NCBI GenBank assembly: GCA_036383515.1
Contig: DASVOE010000077.1
Coordinates: forward strand, 7,741-71,740
Direction: 5' to 3'
Length of the DNA: 64,000 bases
Source: Chitinophagaceae bacterium
Lineage (GTDB): Bacteria > Bacteroidota > Bacteroidia > Chitinophagales > Chitinophagaceae
Below, one piece after another: positions 40,684-51,240 of the stretch. The notes under the pieces are model-generated. The model was not told the DNA's origin, did not search any database, and saw only the letters and a list, made by a program, of their open reading frames with translations. The position numbers and the translations under genes are program-made. Numbering within the stretch: the first letter of the stretch is position 1; each line of letters opens with the position of its first letter.

Positions 40684-41559
40684 TCAAATGTCGAGCAGGA
40701 AATCCTTCAGCATCTTGTTGCTTTTTCCCGGTTCTTCCAGCATGCCCATATGGCCAGCATTATGGAGTATGTGAATGTACGATTTCCCCGGCAGATGACA
40801 TTGCTCTAAACTGTCTTTCATTGGTACTGCGTTATCGTATTTTCCCATCATAAAAAGAACAGGTAAAGGAGTTTCTTTTAAAACAGTGGTCCGGTCTGGC
40901 CGTTGCATCATCGCTTCGTAGTAATTAACGAGTGCAATAGACGAAAAGTTGCGCAGGCCTGCCAATTGTTCATCTATCAATTCCGGCCGTTCATCCTTTG
41001 TAATGGGTGAATAAAGGTTGGGAGTAGCGGTTTTCAGAAATTCAAAAGCGCCATGTTCTTTTATAAATTCAATTCCCTTTCGACGGGTAGCTTTCTTTTC
41101 TTCACTATCGGCATAGGACGAAGAATGAAATAAACCAAAACCGTTTAATAGTTCCGGGTATTTTTCAGCAAAGGCCAGGGTTATGTAACCTCCCATACTA
41201 TGACCAATCATTGTACATATTGGGATCGCTTCTGCAAAGAGGATCTCTTTTATTATTCCGGCCATCCCTTCCATGCTCATATCATTAATCAATTCCGATT
41301 TATCTGAGCCCGGCAAATCAGGAATGATAAATTGAAATTTATTGAAGAGAGATGAATGTTCAATAGGCGAAGTATAAAGCCCCTCCGAAGGAGGGGTTTG
41401 GGAAGGCCCTAATTTTCCCCCTTCGGGGGAGTTAGAGGGGGCTTGCTGTTTCCATACCGTACCATCTTCTCCAAAACCATGAAGCAGCACAACAGGGTTA
41501 CCATGACCGGAAACCCTGTAACATATCTTACTCCCATTAATGACGATCTCTTTATTCAA
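40684..41559 (-). CDS. alpha/beta hydrolase carrying an in-frame low-complexity insert
   Basis: HGFGEDGTVW, nucleophile elbow GHSMGG and a C-terminal GH. Residues about 40-65 (APSNSPEGGKLGPSQTPPSEGLYTSP) are encoded by a GC-rich palindromic element. Confidence 0.85.
   Translation of the reverse strand: MNKEIVINGSKICYRVSGHGNPVVLLHGFGEDGTVWKQQAPSNSPEGGKLGPSQTPPSEGLYTSPIEHSSLFNKFQFIIPDLPGSDKSELINDMSMEGMAGIIKEILFAEAIPICTMIGHSMGGYITLAFAEKYPELLNGFGLFHSSSYADSEEKKATRRKGIEFIKEHGAFEFLKTATPNLYSPITKDERPELIDEQLAGLRNFSSIALVNYYEAMMQRPDRTTVLKETPLPVLFMMGKYDNAVPMKDSLEQCHLPGKSYIHILHNAGHMGMLEEPGKSNKMLKDFLLDI
41377..41445. repeat. GC-rich multi-hairpin palindromic element inserted in frame in the hydrolase gene
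   Basis: Hairpins CCCCTCC-gaa-GGAGGGG (41380-41396) and TCCCCC-ttc-GGGGGA (41416-41430), enclosed by AAGCCCCTC / GAGGGGGCTT arms. GC content is far above the surroundings. Confidence 0.65.
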
Positions 41560-42709
41560 CTCTCAGCTTTTTACTGATAAAATAACTTCTCACCAGGACA
41601 ATACCCAGCAAAGGAAGTAACGCATTATTCATTTGCTGGGGAAGTAAAAACCATGCCGCCAGCAAAGCAATTGTATAAAAGAAAAGGAACCGGAAATAGT
41701 GTAACACCCATTTCTTTTTACTGAATAAAAAAAGAGCTGCTGGCAAATGCGTGGGTAATGCCCATACAAGGTTGTAATTACTTTTCGTCATCTGGTGGCT
41801 GGTACCAAACCACATGAACAATAACAGCAGTCCCAGTAAACCCAACAGTAAAAAGAAAAAAACATCAAACGACTTTAAGAAGATGGAAGCTTTATGTTGC
41901 AACAAAAAACTAAATATTGTTATTACTAAAAATAAAATGCTGAATACCACAAACGGCGTAAAGAAATTTTTGTCTTCTTTAATGATTTGTGCCGGAACCA
42001 GGATATTAGTTTGAATCACTAACGGCTTGTTATGCAGATAAGCGCTGTCAAACCCCTTGAGCAGGTAATCGGGAAGAAACATGGCTTCCCGGTTAGATAT
42101 TTTTTTATCCAGCGGACTGCCGAGCAAAATATCAATACCGAATTGACTCCAGTACTGGTTACCCTTATGAAGGTATTCATGTATCAGGTTACGAAAGGTA
42201 GTGCCTGTAGCGGATAAAATATTTTTTGCCTGCAATGAATCACCGATAGCTTTTTCCAGTATATCTCTGAGCCGTGTGGTGCAGTTATCATAGGTGAAAT
42301 CATAGCGGTAGTATTTATTTTCTTCTTTAGCATTTTCAAAAAGAGCCGCTACCATTTTTTCTTTTTCTGCACAGCTAAGATTCAATACCTGTTCCACTAC
42401 CCCCCGTTGAAAATATTCATATTCGGCCAAAAAATTTTGGAGTGAGTCTACCGATACAAAATAAAGCAGCTTGCCACGGGTGAATTTGGAATAGAATCCC
42501 GGATCATCAAAATCGAAAGTACCATAGTTAAAAATGATGTCGGTATTATTCCGGGTATCCGTAACTCTTATAGCACTGTGACCAAATGTAGAATACAATT
42601 CCTGTCCCGGTGTGCAGGTCAGCAAACTGATACGGATAGAACAGGAATCGTTTTGTGCATGAAGAAAGCAACTAAAAAATAGCGTAAAAAAGAAAGCCAG
42701 TTTTTTCAC
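41552..42709 (-). CDS. DUF4105-domain protein (Lnb N-terminal periplasmic domain family) with C-terminal TM helices
   Basis: ISLLTCTPGQELYSTFGHSAIRV motif. The GTG start at 42709 gives signal peptide VKKLAFFFTLFFSCFLHAQ. The ORF track extends to 42811. Confidence 0.7.
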   Translation of the reverse strand: MKKLAFFFTLFFSCFLHAQNDSCSIRISLLTCTPGQELYSTFGHSAIRVTDTRNNTDIIFNYGTFDFDDPGFYSKFTRGKLLYFVSVDSLQNFLAEYEYFQRGVVEQVLNLSCAEKEKMVAALFENAKEENKYYRYDFTYDNCTTRLRDILEKAIGDSLQAKNILSATGTTFRNLIHEYLHKGNQYWSQFGIDILLGSPLDKKISNREAMFLPDYLLKGFDSAYLHNKPLVIQTNILVPAQIIKEDKNFFTPFVVFSILFLVITIFSFLLQHKASIFLKSFDVFFFLLLGLLGLLLLFMWFGTSHQMTKSNYNLVWALPTHLPAALFLFSKKKWVLHYFRFLFFYTIALLAAWFLLPQQMNNALLPLLGIVLVRSYFISKKLRVE

Positions 42710-42832
42710 TGCAAATTTATTTTGGTAAATGTAGTTGTTGTAATCGGCGATGCCAACACAACAATGTTTCCATAAAAATAAATTTTTGTGGAAATGATAA
42801 TCAGCTTCCATCTCAATCCTAAAAGTTAAACC

Positions 42833-43639
42833 ATGGAAGCAAACAAAATTTTAACCGCCGATCTGCTTGACCTCATCTTTGATGACAGGAACAAAGCCTA
42901 CGGAGCTTATGAACTTCGTGTAACGTATGAACAACGTATCAAAAAATCTTTATTGATCACAGGTAGTATTGCAATGTTGATCATTACCGGAACTGTATGG
43001 GCGAATACAAAGAAGCATGAGCCCAAACCTGACATTGTGATTAAACCTGTAGAACTAACAGCACTTAAAGAAGAAATACCCGTTCCGCCACCTGAGCAAA
43101 AGCCTCCACCACAGCAGGAACCTACAAGATCAGTGATATTCCTTCCACCTGTACTGGCGAATGTTGTTGAAACACCGCCGGTCACACAAGATCAAATTGA
43201 TCTTGCAGCAATCAGTAATGTAAAACAAGATGGCCTTGTTGATGCGGGTCCCACTGAAATAGCACCTCCGGGTGAAGGAAAAAATATTATTGAAGCAAAG
43301 AAAGATGATGATCCGCCCGGCCCCCTCGAAAGAGTAGAAATAGATGCCAAGTTTGTCGGTGATTGGAAACGATTTTTAGAAAGAAATTTAAATGGGAACA
43401 TACCTGTTGAAAATGGAGCTCCCGAAGGCAGACATACGGTGAGGATACAATTTGTAGTGGATGTGGATGGAACAGTAAGTAATATTCAACCGCTTACTAA
43501 CTTAGGTTTTGGAATGGAACAGGAAGCTGTAAGAGTGTTGAAGAAAGCAGCTAAATGGGAACCAGCTTTTCAAAATGGAACTCATGTAAAAGCCTATCGT
43601 ATCCAAACCATCACTTTTGAAGTAACAGGTGATGAATGA
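42833..43639 (+). CDS. energy transducer TonB
   Basis: N-terminal TM anchor, Pro-rich spacer (PVPPPEQKPPPQQEP) and a C-terminal TonB domain. Confidence 0.8.
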   Translation: MEANKILTADLLDLIFDDRNKAYGAYELRVTYEQRIKKSLLITGSIAMLIITGTVWANTKKHEPKPDIVIKPVELTALKEEIPVPPPEQKPPPQQEPTRSVIFLPPVLANVVETPPVTQDQIDLAAISNVKQDGLVDAGPTEIAPPGEGKNIIEAKKDDDPPGPLERVEIDAKFVGDWKRFLERNLNGNIPVENGAPEGRHTVRIQFVVDVDGTVSNIQPLTNLGFGMEQEAVRVLKKAAKWEPAFQNGTHVKAYRIQTITFEVTGDE

Positions 43640-43745
43640 GAGTGAGTTGATAGGTTAACTGGTTAATAAGTTGATTAGGTATACAATGTTTGAAAAGTAT
43701 TTATAGTGATCAACATTCATCCCAATTAACCAGTTAACTTATCAA

Positions 43746-45242
43746 CTACCTCCTGCTATAATTCGGGGCTTCTTTTGTTATCTCAATATCATGTGCATGG
43801 CTTTCTCTCATACCAGCATTGGTGATCTTGACAAATGTTGCACCCTGTAATTCATTAATATTTTTAGCGCCACAATAACCCATGCCTGCACGAAGACCAC
43901 CTACATACTGGTAAACGATCTCCCGTAACGTTCCTTTATATGCCACACGTCCTTCAATGCCTTCGGGTACAAATTTCTTTACATCATCTTCCACATCCTG
44001 GAAGTAACGATCACTGCTACCGGTTGCCATCGCACCCAATGATCCCATGCCACGATACTCTTTGAATTTTCTTCCTTCATAAATGATCGTTTCGCCGGGA
44101 CTTTCTTCAGTGCCCGCAAAGATGCTACCCATCATCACACAGGCTGCGCCTGCAGCCAGCGCTTTTACCATATCACCTGTATAGCGGATACCACCATCAG
44201 CGATCACGGGAATATTTTTTTGTTTTAATACGGAGCAGGCTTCCATCACGGCTGTGAGTTGGGGTACACCAGCGCCGGCAACAATCCTGGTCGTACAAAT
44301 AGAGCCTGGCCCAATACCGACTTTCACCGCATCAGCCCCGGCTTCTGCTAAGGCTTTTGCACCACCCGCTGTTCCTACATTGCCGGCGATTACATTTATC
44401 TTTTTAAAATTCTTCTTTACATCTTTCAATGCCTGGATCACCCCTTTACTATGTCCGTGTGCACTATCCAATGCAATTACATCAACACCCACTTGTTGCA
44501 GGGCATACACTCTATCCATCAGATCTTTTGTAATGCCTACACCAGCACCTACCAGCAAGCGACCGAATGAATCTTTTACGGCATTGGGATAGCTTTTTAT
44601 CTTTAAAATATCACTGTAAGTAAATAGCCCGACCAGTTTTCCCTGCTTATTGATGATGGGCAGTTTTTCAACTTTAGTTTGTTTGAATAGTTGTTCTGCT
44701 TTTTTAAGATCCGTTCCTTCGGGTGCAGTGAATAAATTTTCTTTTGTCATTACTTCGCTCACTTTGCGCTGCGGATTGTCTTCAAAGCGAAGATCCCTGT
44801 TAGTAAGAATACCTACGAGTTTTTGATTTTTATCTATAATAGGAATACCACCAATCTTATTCTCCCGCATCAATCGCTGTGCATCACCAATCGTGGCATT
44901 GGCCAGCAGGGTAACCGGGTCGATGATCAATCCGCTTTCACTTCTTTTTACTTTACGTACCTGCTCTGCCTGCTTTTCGATGGTCATGTTTTTGTGCAAT
45001 ATGCCCAAACCACCTTCACGGGCCAGTGCCATAGCGAGTGCGGCTTCGGTCACCGTATCCATCGCTGCCGAAAGCAGGGGGACATTGAGCGTAATGTCTT
45101 TGGTAAGCCGGGTTTGAATATCTACATCACGGGGCAGCACCTGGCTAAAGCCGGGCATCAGCAGCACATCATCAAAGGTTAGTCCTTCGCCAAAAAATTT
45201 AGATGAATTGTTGTTAGTGGGGGGAGTATTTCTTATTGCCAT
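43746..45242 (-). CDS. guaB: IMP dehydrogenase
   Basis: LTFDDVLL, a CBS pair, the catalytic loop [11 protein letters not shown], and GGIRYTGD. The start is ATG 45242 or 45263. Confidence 0.95.
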   Translation of the reverse strand: MAIRNTPPTNNNSSKFFGEGLTFDDVLLMPGFSQVLPRDVDIQTRLTKDITLNVPLLSAAMDTVTEAALAMALAREGGLGILHKNMTIEKQAEQVRKVKRSESGLIIDPVTLLANATIGDAQRLMRENKIGGIPIIDKNQKLVGILTNRDLRFEDNPQRKVSEVMTKENLFTAPEGTDLKKAEQLFKQTKVEKLPIINKQGKLVGLFTYSDILKIKSYPNAVKDSFGRLLVGAGVGITKDLMDRVYALQQVGVDVIALDSAHGHSKGVIQALKDVKKNFKKINVIAGNVGTAGGAKALAEAGADAVKVGIGPGSICTTRIVAGAGVPQLTAVMEACSVLKQKNIPVIADGGIRYTGDMVKALAAGAACVMMGSIFAGTEESPGETIIYEGRKFKEYRGMGSLGAMATGSSDRYFQDVEDDVKKFVPEGIEGRVAYKGTLREIVYQYVGGLRAGMGYCGAKNINELQGATFVKITNAGMRESHAHDIEITKEAPNYSRR

Positions 45243-45288
45243 GTGCAAAGATAGGGCAAGCAATAAATACGTTCCAAATCGGCTTGTT

Positions 45289-47322
45289 TTACCGGATCAG
45301 CGTCACTGTTCCTTTTTGAAATACTTGTTTATGGGTGTCTTTATGGGTGTAACTCAGCATCCATACAAATACCCCGGTGCCCTGTAACACCCCATTAATC
45401 TTTCCATCCCATTTTTCTTTCCAGTTACGGGAATGAAAAATCAACTGCCCCCAGCGGTTGAAAACTTTGAAATCATAGTTCTCTGCTTTGATCGCATTAT
45501 GCGGCCAAAAATAATCATTCAATCCATCATTATTGGGTGTAAACGCTGTAGGCACAGCAATGAAACAATGATCCAGCACCGTTACTGTTTTACTGATACT
45601 GTCAGTACAGCCAAGTGTGTTATTATAAGCGAGAAGTTTGACCGTATAATAGGCTTCACGATTACTTAAAGGAAATAAAACAGGCAACGGGTCTTTTAAG
45701 GTGCTGGATGAAAGCACATCAAAATTCCATCGCCATGAATCAATCTGCCCGGTGCTGTTATTGGTTACTTCCAGTTTATCTTCAGGGCAAATAATATCCA
45801 GCATGCTGAAATCTGCTTTCACTTCATTGTTAAATACGATCACCTGCGAAGTGCTGTCACTGCATACACCATTGCTCACCCACAAGTAAATTGAATTGGT
45901 ACTGGTGGAAGGAAAAGAAATAGTATGTGTTTGAGTGGTAACCGATGCACTGTTATTAAAACGCCATTTCCATTGGTTTACATTATGGGCTCCATCATGG
46001 CTGAAGGTCAGCGTATTTTTTTCACATCCTAATAAAGTGCTGTATTGAAATGTTGCATCCACTGTATCCGATGCCTGGAACGGAAGTGTTTGCAATGGAC
46101 TTTCCTGTCCGCATTCATCAATAACAGTAGTACCATCAGTGCCTGTTTTTAATGTAAGTTGATAAGTGCCTCCGGTATAGATGGGCGCTGCAAATTTTAT
46201 TACGATATAATCAGTTTTCCCGTTTATACAATTACCAAAAGCTGATGCAACTGTGACGGGTGCGGGACCTGTAACAGAAAAATCAGATCCATTGGCAGCA
46301 ATACTATTGCAGTTTATTTTTTTAGGGAAGTAAATGCGGATAGAATCAGGTGCACATCCTACCCGACTAAGGCTGTCGGCAAAAATGGGTTGTGGTGCTA
46401 AATATTGAAAAGAAATCTGCTCGCCGGCAGGTATCAGGTTATCACAAAAATCTTTCAGAGTATTTCCATCACTGCCGTTATTAATTACCAATTGAAAGTT
46501 ACCATTACCTAATGGAGCAGCCAGGGTTAGTGTAATCTCGTTAAGATCAAAACCAGGGGAACAAGTGCTGGTGCTCGCTGCTACAACTGTTGTAACAGCG
46601 GGCAAAAGACTAAATTCAGTGCCGGTTGCTGTCAATGAATTACAACGTACATTTTTATTAAGCTTTACTATTATTTTTTTTCCATCGCAATCAGCTTTGG
46701 CTGATTTAAGATGTGGTATGGCGGGATCAGTGATCACAGCGGTACCGCCATTAAAAGAAAGTGAATACCCGCTTTGCGTATTGGAGAAATGGCTAACAAG
46801 CAAAAGATATTCATGCCCTGCTATTAAGTTGGGCATCACTGCAAAAGTGGGTTTATTGTCAGCAGGGTCTGAGGCGCATTGTATAAAATTAACTCCTGAA
46901 GCTGATGCACCCGTGGGTCCATATGTTCCTGCCCAATTAGCTGTAACAACTAAAGAATTATTGGTAAAAATTTCATTAGGATCACGACCGGTGATGTCAA
47001 AAAGCTGCCAGTCATAATCTTCATTACTGGCGTTGGGAGTAATGAGAAAGCCCAAGGTCCCGGAAACATAACAGGTGAATTTGTAAAAAAAAGGATTCTT
47101 ATTCTGGTAAAGCGCATTGCCACTTCCTGAACAACCTGGAACAAACAAATCGTTGGTACTGCAGATGGGAACTGTATTTTGCTGGAAAGCGGTGGTGCCA
47201 CAGACCGGGAATGCGGTGGAAGGTGTTTGTCCTGCTGTTGTACATACCTGGCTGAATACCGGGCTCAATGCGAGCAACATAAACAAAAGGAGCAGGGATG
47301 TCGGTCGAATGGTTTTTTTCAT
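45289..47322 (-). CDS. T9SS type-B sorting-domain cell-surface protein with PKD-like repeats
   Basis: Signal peptide. CTD FTPNNDGLNDYFWP...WDGKINGV ending TVTLIR, the same C-terminal module as 38027-40657. Confidence 0.8.
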   Translation of the reverse strand: MKKTIRPTSLLLLFMLLALSPVFSQVCTTAGQTPSTAFPVCGTTAFQQNTVPICSTNDLFVPGCSGSGNALYQNKNPFFYKFTCYVSGTLGFLITPNASNEDYDWQLFDITGRDPNEIFTNNSLVVTANWAGTYGPTGASASGVNFIQCASDPADNKPTFAVMPNLIAGHEYLLLVSHFSNTQSGYSLSFNGGTAVITDPAIPHLKSAKADCDGKKIIVKLNKNVRCNSLTATGTEFSLLPAVTTVVAASTSTCSPGFDLNEITLTLAAPLGNGNFQLVINNGSDGNTLKDFCDNLIPAGEQISFQYLAPQPIFADSLSRVGCAPDSIRIYFPKKINCNSIAANGSDFSVTGPAPVTVASAFGNCINGKTDYIVIKFAAPIYTGGTYQLTLKTGTDGTTVIDECGQESPLQTLPFQASDTVDATFQYSTLLGCEKNTLTFSHDGAHNVNQWKWRFNNSASVTTQTHTISFPSTSTNSIYLWVSNGVCSDSTSQVIVFNNEVKADFSMLDIICPEDKLEVTNNSTGQIDSWRWNFDVLSSSTLKDPLPVLFPLSNREAYYTVKLLAYNNTLGCTDSISKTVTVLDHCFIAVPTAFTPNNDGLNDYFWPHNAIKAENYDFKVFNRWGQLIFHSRNWKEKWDGKINGVLQGTGVFVWMLSYTHKDTHKQVFQKGTVTLIR

Positions 47323-47391
47323 GGAATAAACAGCACATTGTTTGACTGATCCTGTGACAACAAAACCAGCCTGTATGTTGCCTGTAAACGA

Positions 47392-48495
47392 TCAGGCCAG
47401 CTGATAAATTTTACCCGGCAAAGATAATATCACATTCTGTAATTCCAGATTTAACATGGCTGCCGCTACAGCGCTGCTGCTGAGACCGCTTTTATAATTG
47501 AGTTCGTCAATATGAACGCCATCTTTTTCTTTCAAAATATTGATCACGATCTTCTCTTCCTGTGAAAGTTCAATAAAAAATTCTTTTTGTGCCCGTGCTG
47601 TTGATTTACGGCTTTTTTCTTCCCAACCCATCAACTCTACCAGCTCTTTTGCCTCTGTAAGTAAGGTTGCTTTATTACTCTTTATAAGAAAATTGCAACC
47701 TACGCTTTTGCTATCCGTTATTTTTCCGGGAAAGGCAAATACATCTTTGTTATAACTATTGGCGAGTTCTGCAGTGATCATACTGCCGCCTTTGATACCT
47801 GTTTCTATTACAATAGTGGCATCACTCATGCCGGCAACGATGCGGTTTCTTGTCGGAAAATTATGTTTATCCGGGTTAGTGCGGCTTCTGAATTCTGTCA
47901 GCAGGCCTCCTTCTTTTATCATGTCTTTGGCAAGAGATGAATGATGTGTGGGATAGATCTGGTCTAATCCATGTGCTAACACACCTACGGTTTGCAAATT
48001 ATTTTTCAAAGCAGCTTTATGAGCAATAGCATCAATGCCATAAGCCAAACCACTGACAACTAAAACATGCTGTTCCGCTAACTCTTTGACCAGTTTCTCT
48101 GTTAACTGTTTTCCATAATCCGTATGGTTGCGGGTGCCCACAATCGATACGATTTTTGAAGTATTCAGGTCAGCGTTTCCTTTATAGTATAATAACTCGG
48201 GCGAGTCGTAACAATTTAGTAAGCGCTGCGGATAATTTTTATCAGTGATGAAAAGCGGAACGATGTTATACTTTTCAATAAATTTTATTTCATCTTCTGC
48301 TTCGGCGAATTTTGAAAAACCCTTGATGCTGTTAGCTCTTATTTCACCAATGCCTTCTATACTTTTGAGTTGTGTTGCTTTTGTTTTAAAAATGGCTTCT
48401 GCGCTGCCCAGTTGTTCAATTAATATTTTGGCCTGCACAGGGCCAATGTTAGGAGTAAGCGATAAAGCAATTTGGTATAGCAGATCGTTTTGCAA
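47392..48495 (-). CDS. dprA: DNA-processing protein DprA
   Basis: IVSIVGTRNHTDYG, SGLAYGIDAIAH and FPTRNRIVAG motifs. Length is 367 aa. Confidence 0.9.
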   Translation of the reverse strand: MQNDLLYQIALSLTPNIGPVQAKILIEQLGSAEAIFKTKATQLKSIEGIGEIRANSIKGFSKFAEAEDEIKFIEKYNIVPLFITDKNYPQRLLNCYDSPELLYYKGNADLNTSKIVSIVGTRNHTDYGKQLTEKLVKELAEQHVLVVSGLAYGIDAIAHKAALKNNLQTVGVLAHGLDQIYPTHHSSLAKDMIKEGGLLTEFRSRTNPDKHNFPTRNRIVAGMSDATIVIETGIKGGSMITAELANSYNKDVFAFPGKITDSKSVGCNFLIKSNKATLLTEAKELVELMGWEEKSRKSTARAQKEFFIELSQEEKIVINILKEKDGVHIDELNYKSGLSSSAVAAAMLNLELQNVILSLPGKIYQLA

Positions 48496-48577
48496 AAGAT
48501 GATAGTTAACAGATAAAAGGCAATTTACAAAACGATGAACAAATTATTGTCTGTTCAGTAGAAGCTGTACCTGTTTT

Positions 48578-50491
48578 TTATTGACTGAGTACTTTGATCT
48601 CTGTTCGCCGGTTTAATGCTTTTCCGGATTCTGTTTTATTATCAGCAATGGGCCTGGTTTCGCCATAGCCTTTGGCGATCAGTCGTTGAGGAGCAATTGA
48701 TTTCAAACTAAGATAGCTCACTACTGCTTTAGCCCTGTTATTAGACAAGATAAGGTTATCAGCAGGTTTACCTGCATTATCTGTATGCCCGCTGATCTCA
48801 ATTTTTAAGGTAGGATTTTCGGTTAATAGCTGCACCAATTTTTCAAGCTCCACTTGTGATTCAGGCTTGAGTTCAAATTTGTTTACATCAAAGAAAATAT
48901 TGTTGAGTACGATGGAGGCATTTACTTCCAGGGGTTGTAAAGGAATATTTTTTTCGTAAACGGAATCTTTAAGTGAATGAGTAAGTGAGAAATTATCAGA
49001 GTAAAATAAATAACCCTTCCGGTTTACATTAAAGGCATAATCTTTTCCGATAGGCAGCGTAATAAGGTAATTCCCTTTTTCATCTGTCTGTACTTTTGAT
49101 AATGGCTGCTTGCTGGAAAGATCGATCAGTTCTACTGCCGAAGGCAATCCTTTTTTTGTTTTATTATCAAATACCTGTCCTTTTATCCATGATGTTTTAT
49201 AAGGACGAACATCTTCTCTCAATTCAAAACTGTAAATATCAAGACCGCCCTTGCTGTCAGCCCGATCACTGGAATAGTAAGCTGTTTTTCCATCAGCAGT
49301 TATAAATAAAGTTCCTTCCTGGCTGATCGTATTGATGGGATAACCCAGATTCATAGGTTTACTCCAAACATTATTTGGTCCTTTGCGTACAAAAAAAAGA
49401 TCGGCATCTCCATATCCCTGCAAACCATTCGATGTAAAATATAGTGTCTGGTTATCTGCATGTATAAATGGACATTGTTCATCGCCGGAAGTATTGATCT
49501 CCCTTCCCATGTTTTCCGGTTCACCCCACCGGCCGTTAGGTTGCAGGTGGGCCACATAAATATCACTGCCGCCATAGCCACCAGGTCTCCGGCTGGCAAA
49601 GTAGAGATCTTTTTTATCAGGAGATAAACAAGGCTGCGACTCCCAAAACTGTGAATTTATTTTACCTCCAAGGTTGATCGCTTCACTCCATCCCTTTTCG
49701 GTGAGATAGGAGATATAAATATCACAGCTGCCATAGCCATCCTGGCGATTGCAGGCTGTAAACACTAACCATTGTCCATCCTGCGAAATCATTTGTGCTC
49801 CTTCATTCTCCGGTGTGTTTACATTTCCTTCCATCGGTTTGGATACTTCCCAGCCACCTGGTTTTTTTTTGCTGTAAAAAAAATCTTCGTTGTAACGTTT
49901 CAGGTTCCGGGTAAAGATCATTTCGCTGTTGTCAATAGTGAGACAGGGAAAATATTCTGATTCGGCACTATTCACATTGTCGCCGATATTTTGTGGAGCA
50001 AATACGTAATTCTTGTTGGCATTCTTCTTAGCATAGTCAATGGCGAATTCATAAGAACGTTTGCGGAACTCACCTGCTTTTCTTGTGTTGGGATTCAGTT
50101 TTGGAGCTGCTAAAAGCGTATTAACCGCCTGCAATGCTTTTTCAAATTCTCCTTTACCGGCCAATGCGATTGAATAAGGAAGTTTGTATTCAAACGAAAA
50201 AATGGAATCAATGGCAAAAGATCTTTCGTAAGCATCAATACACTCCGCATATTTTTTTTGATCGCTGTAAACAGATGCCAAAGCCAGGTAAGCATCAAGA
50301 TAACGGTTATCCTTTTCAATCGCTTCTTTTAGCAGTTGGATAGTTTCATTGCTTTTACCTTCTTCTGCCTTACCCTGGGCCGTATTAAAAAGAGCTACAG
50401 CTTTTTTATTCACTTTTCCAGGATCGTAGGATTGAGCAAAAAGCGAAATAATGAAAAACACGAAGAAAGTAGAGATTATAAAACGTTTCAT
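48578..50491 (-). CDS. OmpA-family protein with TPR, TolB-like beta-propeller (PD40) and carboxypeptidase-regulatory-like domains
   Basis: Signal peptide, TPR region, repeated PD40-like motifs (ISQDGQWLVF, LSPDKKDLYF, TADGKTAYY), and a C-terminal OmpA domain (LSNNRAKAV...NRRTEI). Confidence 0.8.
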   Translation of the reverse strand: MKRFIISTFFVFFIISLFAQSYDPGKVNKKAVALFNTAQGKAEEGKSNETIQLLKEAIEKDNRYLDAYLALASVYSDQKKYAECIDAYERSFAIDSIFSFEYKLPYSIALAGKGEFEKALQAVNTLLAAPKLNPNTRKAGEFRKRSYEFAIDYAKKNANKNYVFAPQNIGDNVNSAESEYFPCLTIDNSEMIFTRNLKRYNEDFFYSKKKPGGWEVSKPMEGNVNTPENEGAQMISQDGQWLVFTACNRQDGYGSCDIYISYLTEKGWSEAINLGGKINSQFWESQPCLSPDKKDLYFASRRPGGYGGSDIYVAHLQPNGRWGEPENMGREINTSGDEQCPFIHADNQTLYFTSNGLQGYGDADLFFVRKGPNNVWSKPMNLGYPINTISQEGTLFITADGKTAYYSSDRADSKGGLDIYSFELREDVRPYKTSWIKGQVFDNKTKKGLPSAVELIDLSSKQPLSKVQTDEKGNYLITLPIGKDYAFNVNRKGYLFYSDNFSLTHSLKDSVYEKNIPLQPLEVNASIVLNNIFFDVNKFELKPESQVELEKLVQLLTENPTLKIEISGHTDNAGKPADNLILSNNRAKAVVSYLSLKSIAPQRLIAKGYGETRPIADNKTESGKALNRRTEIKVLSQ

Positions 50492-50634
50492 ACAGGCTAT
50501 ATTAGAGGTATAAACGGATTTTAATTGATATTATTCCCTCTTGAAACGAGAATCTATCGCATTAAAGTTACTAAAGGCATATCAGACTCATAAAAGGAGG
50601 GTTTTAAAGGCAAAAGGGTTGGCCGCAATATTAT

Positions 50635-51240
50635 TTATGGGACATTAATATACTTATGAATCTGCAGGCTCAGTTCCCATGTAGGATTAGCTTTAATGTA
50701 TTCAATGATCAGGGGTGTTACCTGTGGCGCTTTATCCCATTCAGGTTGCAGGTAAAGTTTGCAGGATGGCGAAACTAATGCTGCATATTTTTCCGCCCAT
50801 TCAAAATCCGATTTATTAAAAATGACAACTTTCAGTTCGTTGGCCAGGGGAAGAATAGCCGGTAATGGAGCTTTGAATTTTTTTGGAGAGAGACAGATCC
50901 AATCCCAATGACCACTCAGGGGATGAGCGCCGGATGTTTCGATATTGGTTTGTAAACCGGCTGCCCGTAATGCGGTTGTCAGTTCATCCAGGTTATGCAT
51001 CAACGGTTCACCACCTGTTATGACTACCAGCTCTGCGGGTGTTTTTTTTACCTGACTGATCAGGGTTTCAATTTCATATAAAGGATGTTTGCCTGCATCC
51101 CAACTATCTTTTACATCGCACCACACACAACCCACGTCGCAACCACCCAGCCGGATAAAGTAGGCAGCTCTTCCCTGGTGAAAACCTTCACCCTGCAATG
51201 TATAGAAATGCTCCATTACCGGAAGCTTTGTGATTTTCAT
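50635..51240 (-). CDS. queE: 7-carboxy-7-deazaguanine synthase (radical SAM)
   Basis: EHFYTLQGEG and the cluster motif GGCDVGCVWCD. Its ATG overlaps the upstream stop by 1 nt (TAATG). Confidence 0.85.
   Translation of the reverse strand: MKITKLPVMEHFYTLQGEGFHQGRAAYFIRLGGCDVGCVWCDVKDSWDAGKHPLYEIETLISQVKKTPAELVVITGGEPLMHNLDELTTALRAAGLQTNIETSGAHPLSGHWDWICLSPKKFKAPLPAILPLANELKVVIFNKSDFEWAEKYAALVSPSCKLYLQPEWDKAPQVTPLIIEYIKANPTWELSLQIHKYINVP

Noticed and set aside
49862-49870. T9 homopolymer (A9 on the coding strand, encoding KKK) next to an 8-nt run (49877-49884, A8 on the plus strand) inside the OmpA/TPR gene. This was considered as a slipped-strand phase-variation tract.
   Set aside because: The tracts are short and encode sensible in-frame lysine and phenylalanine codons in an AT-rich genome. 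Nothing else about the locus suggests contingency behaviour.
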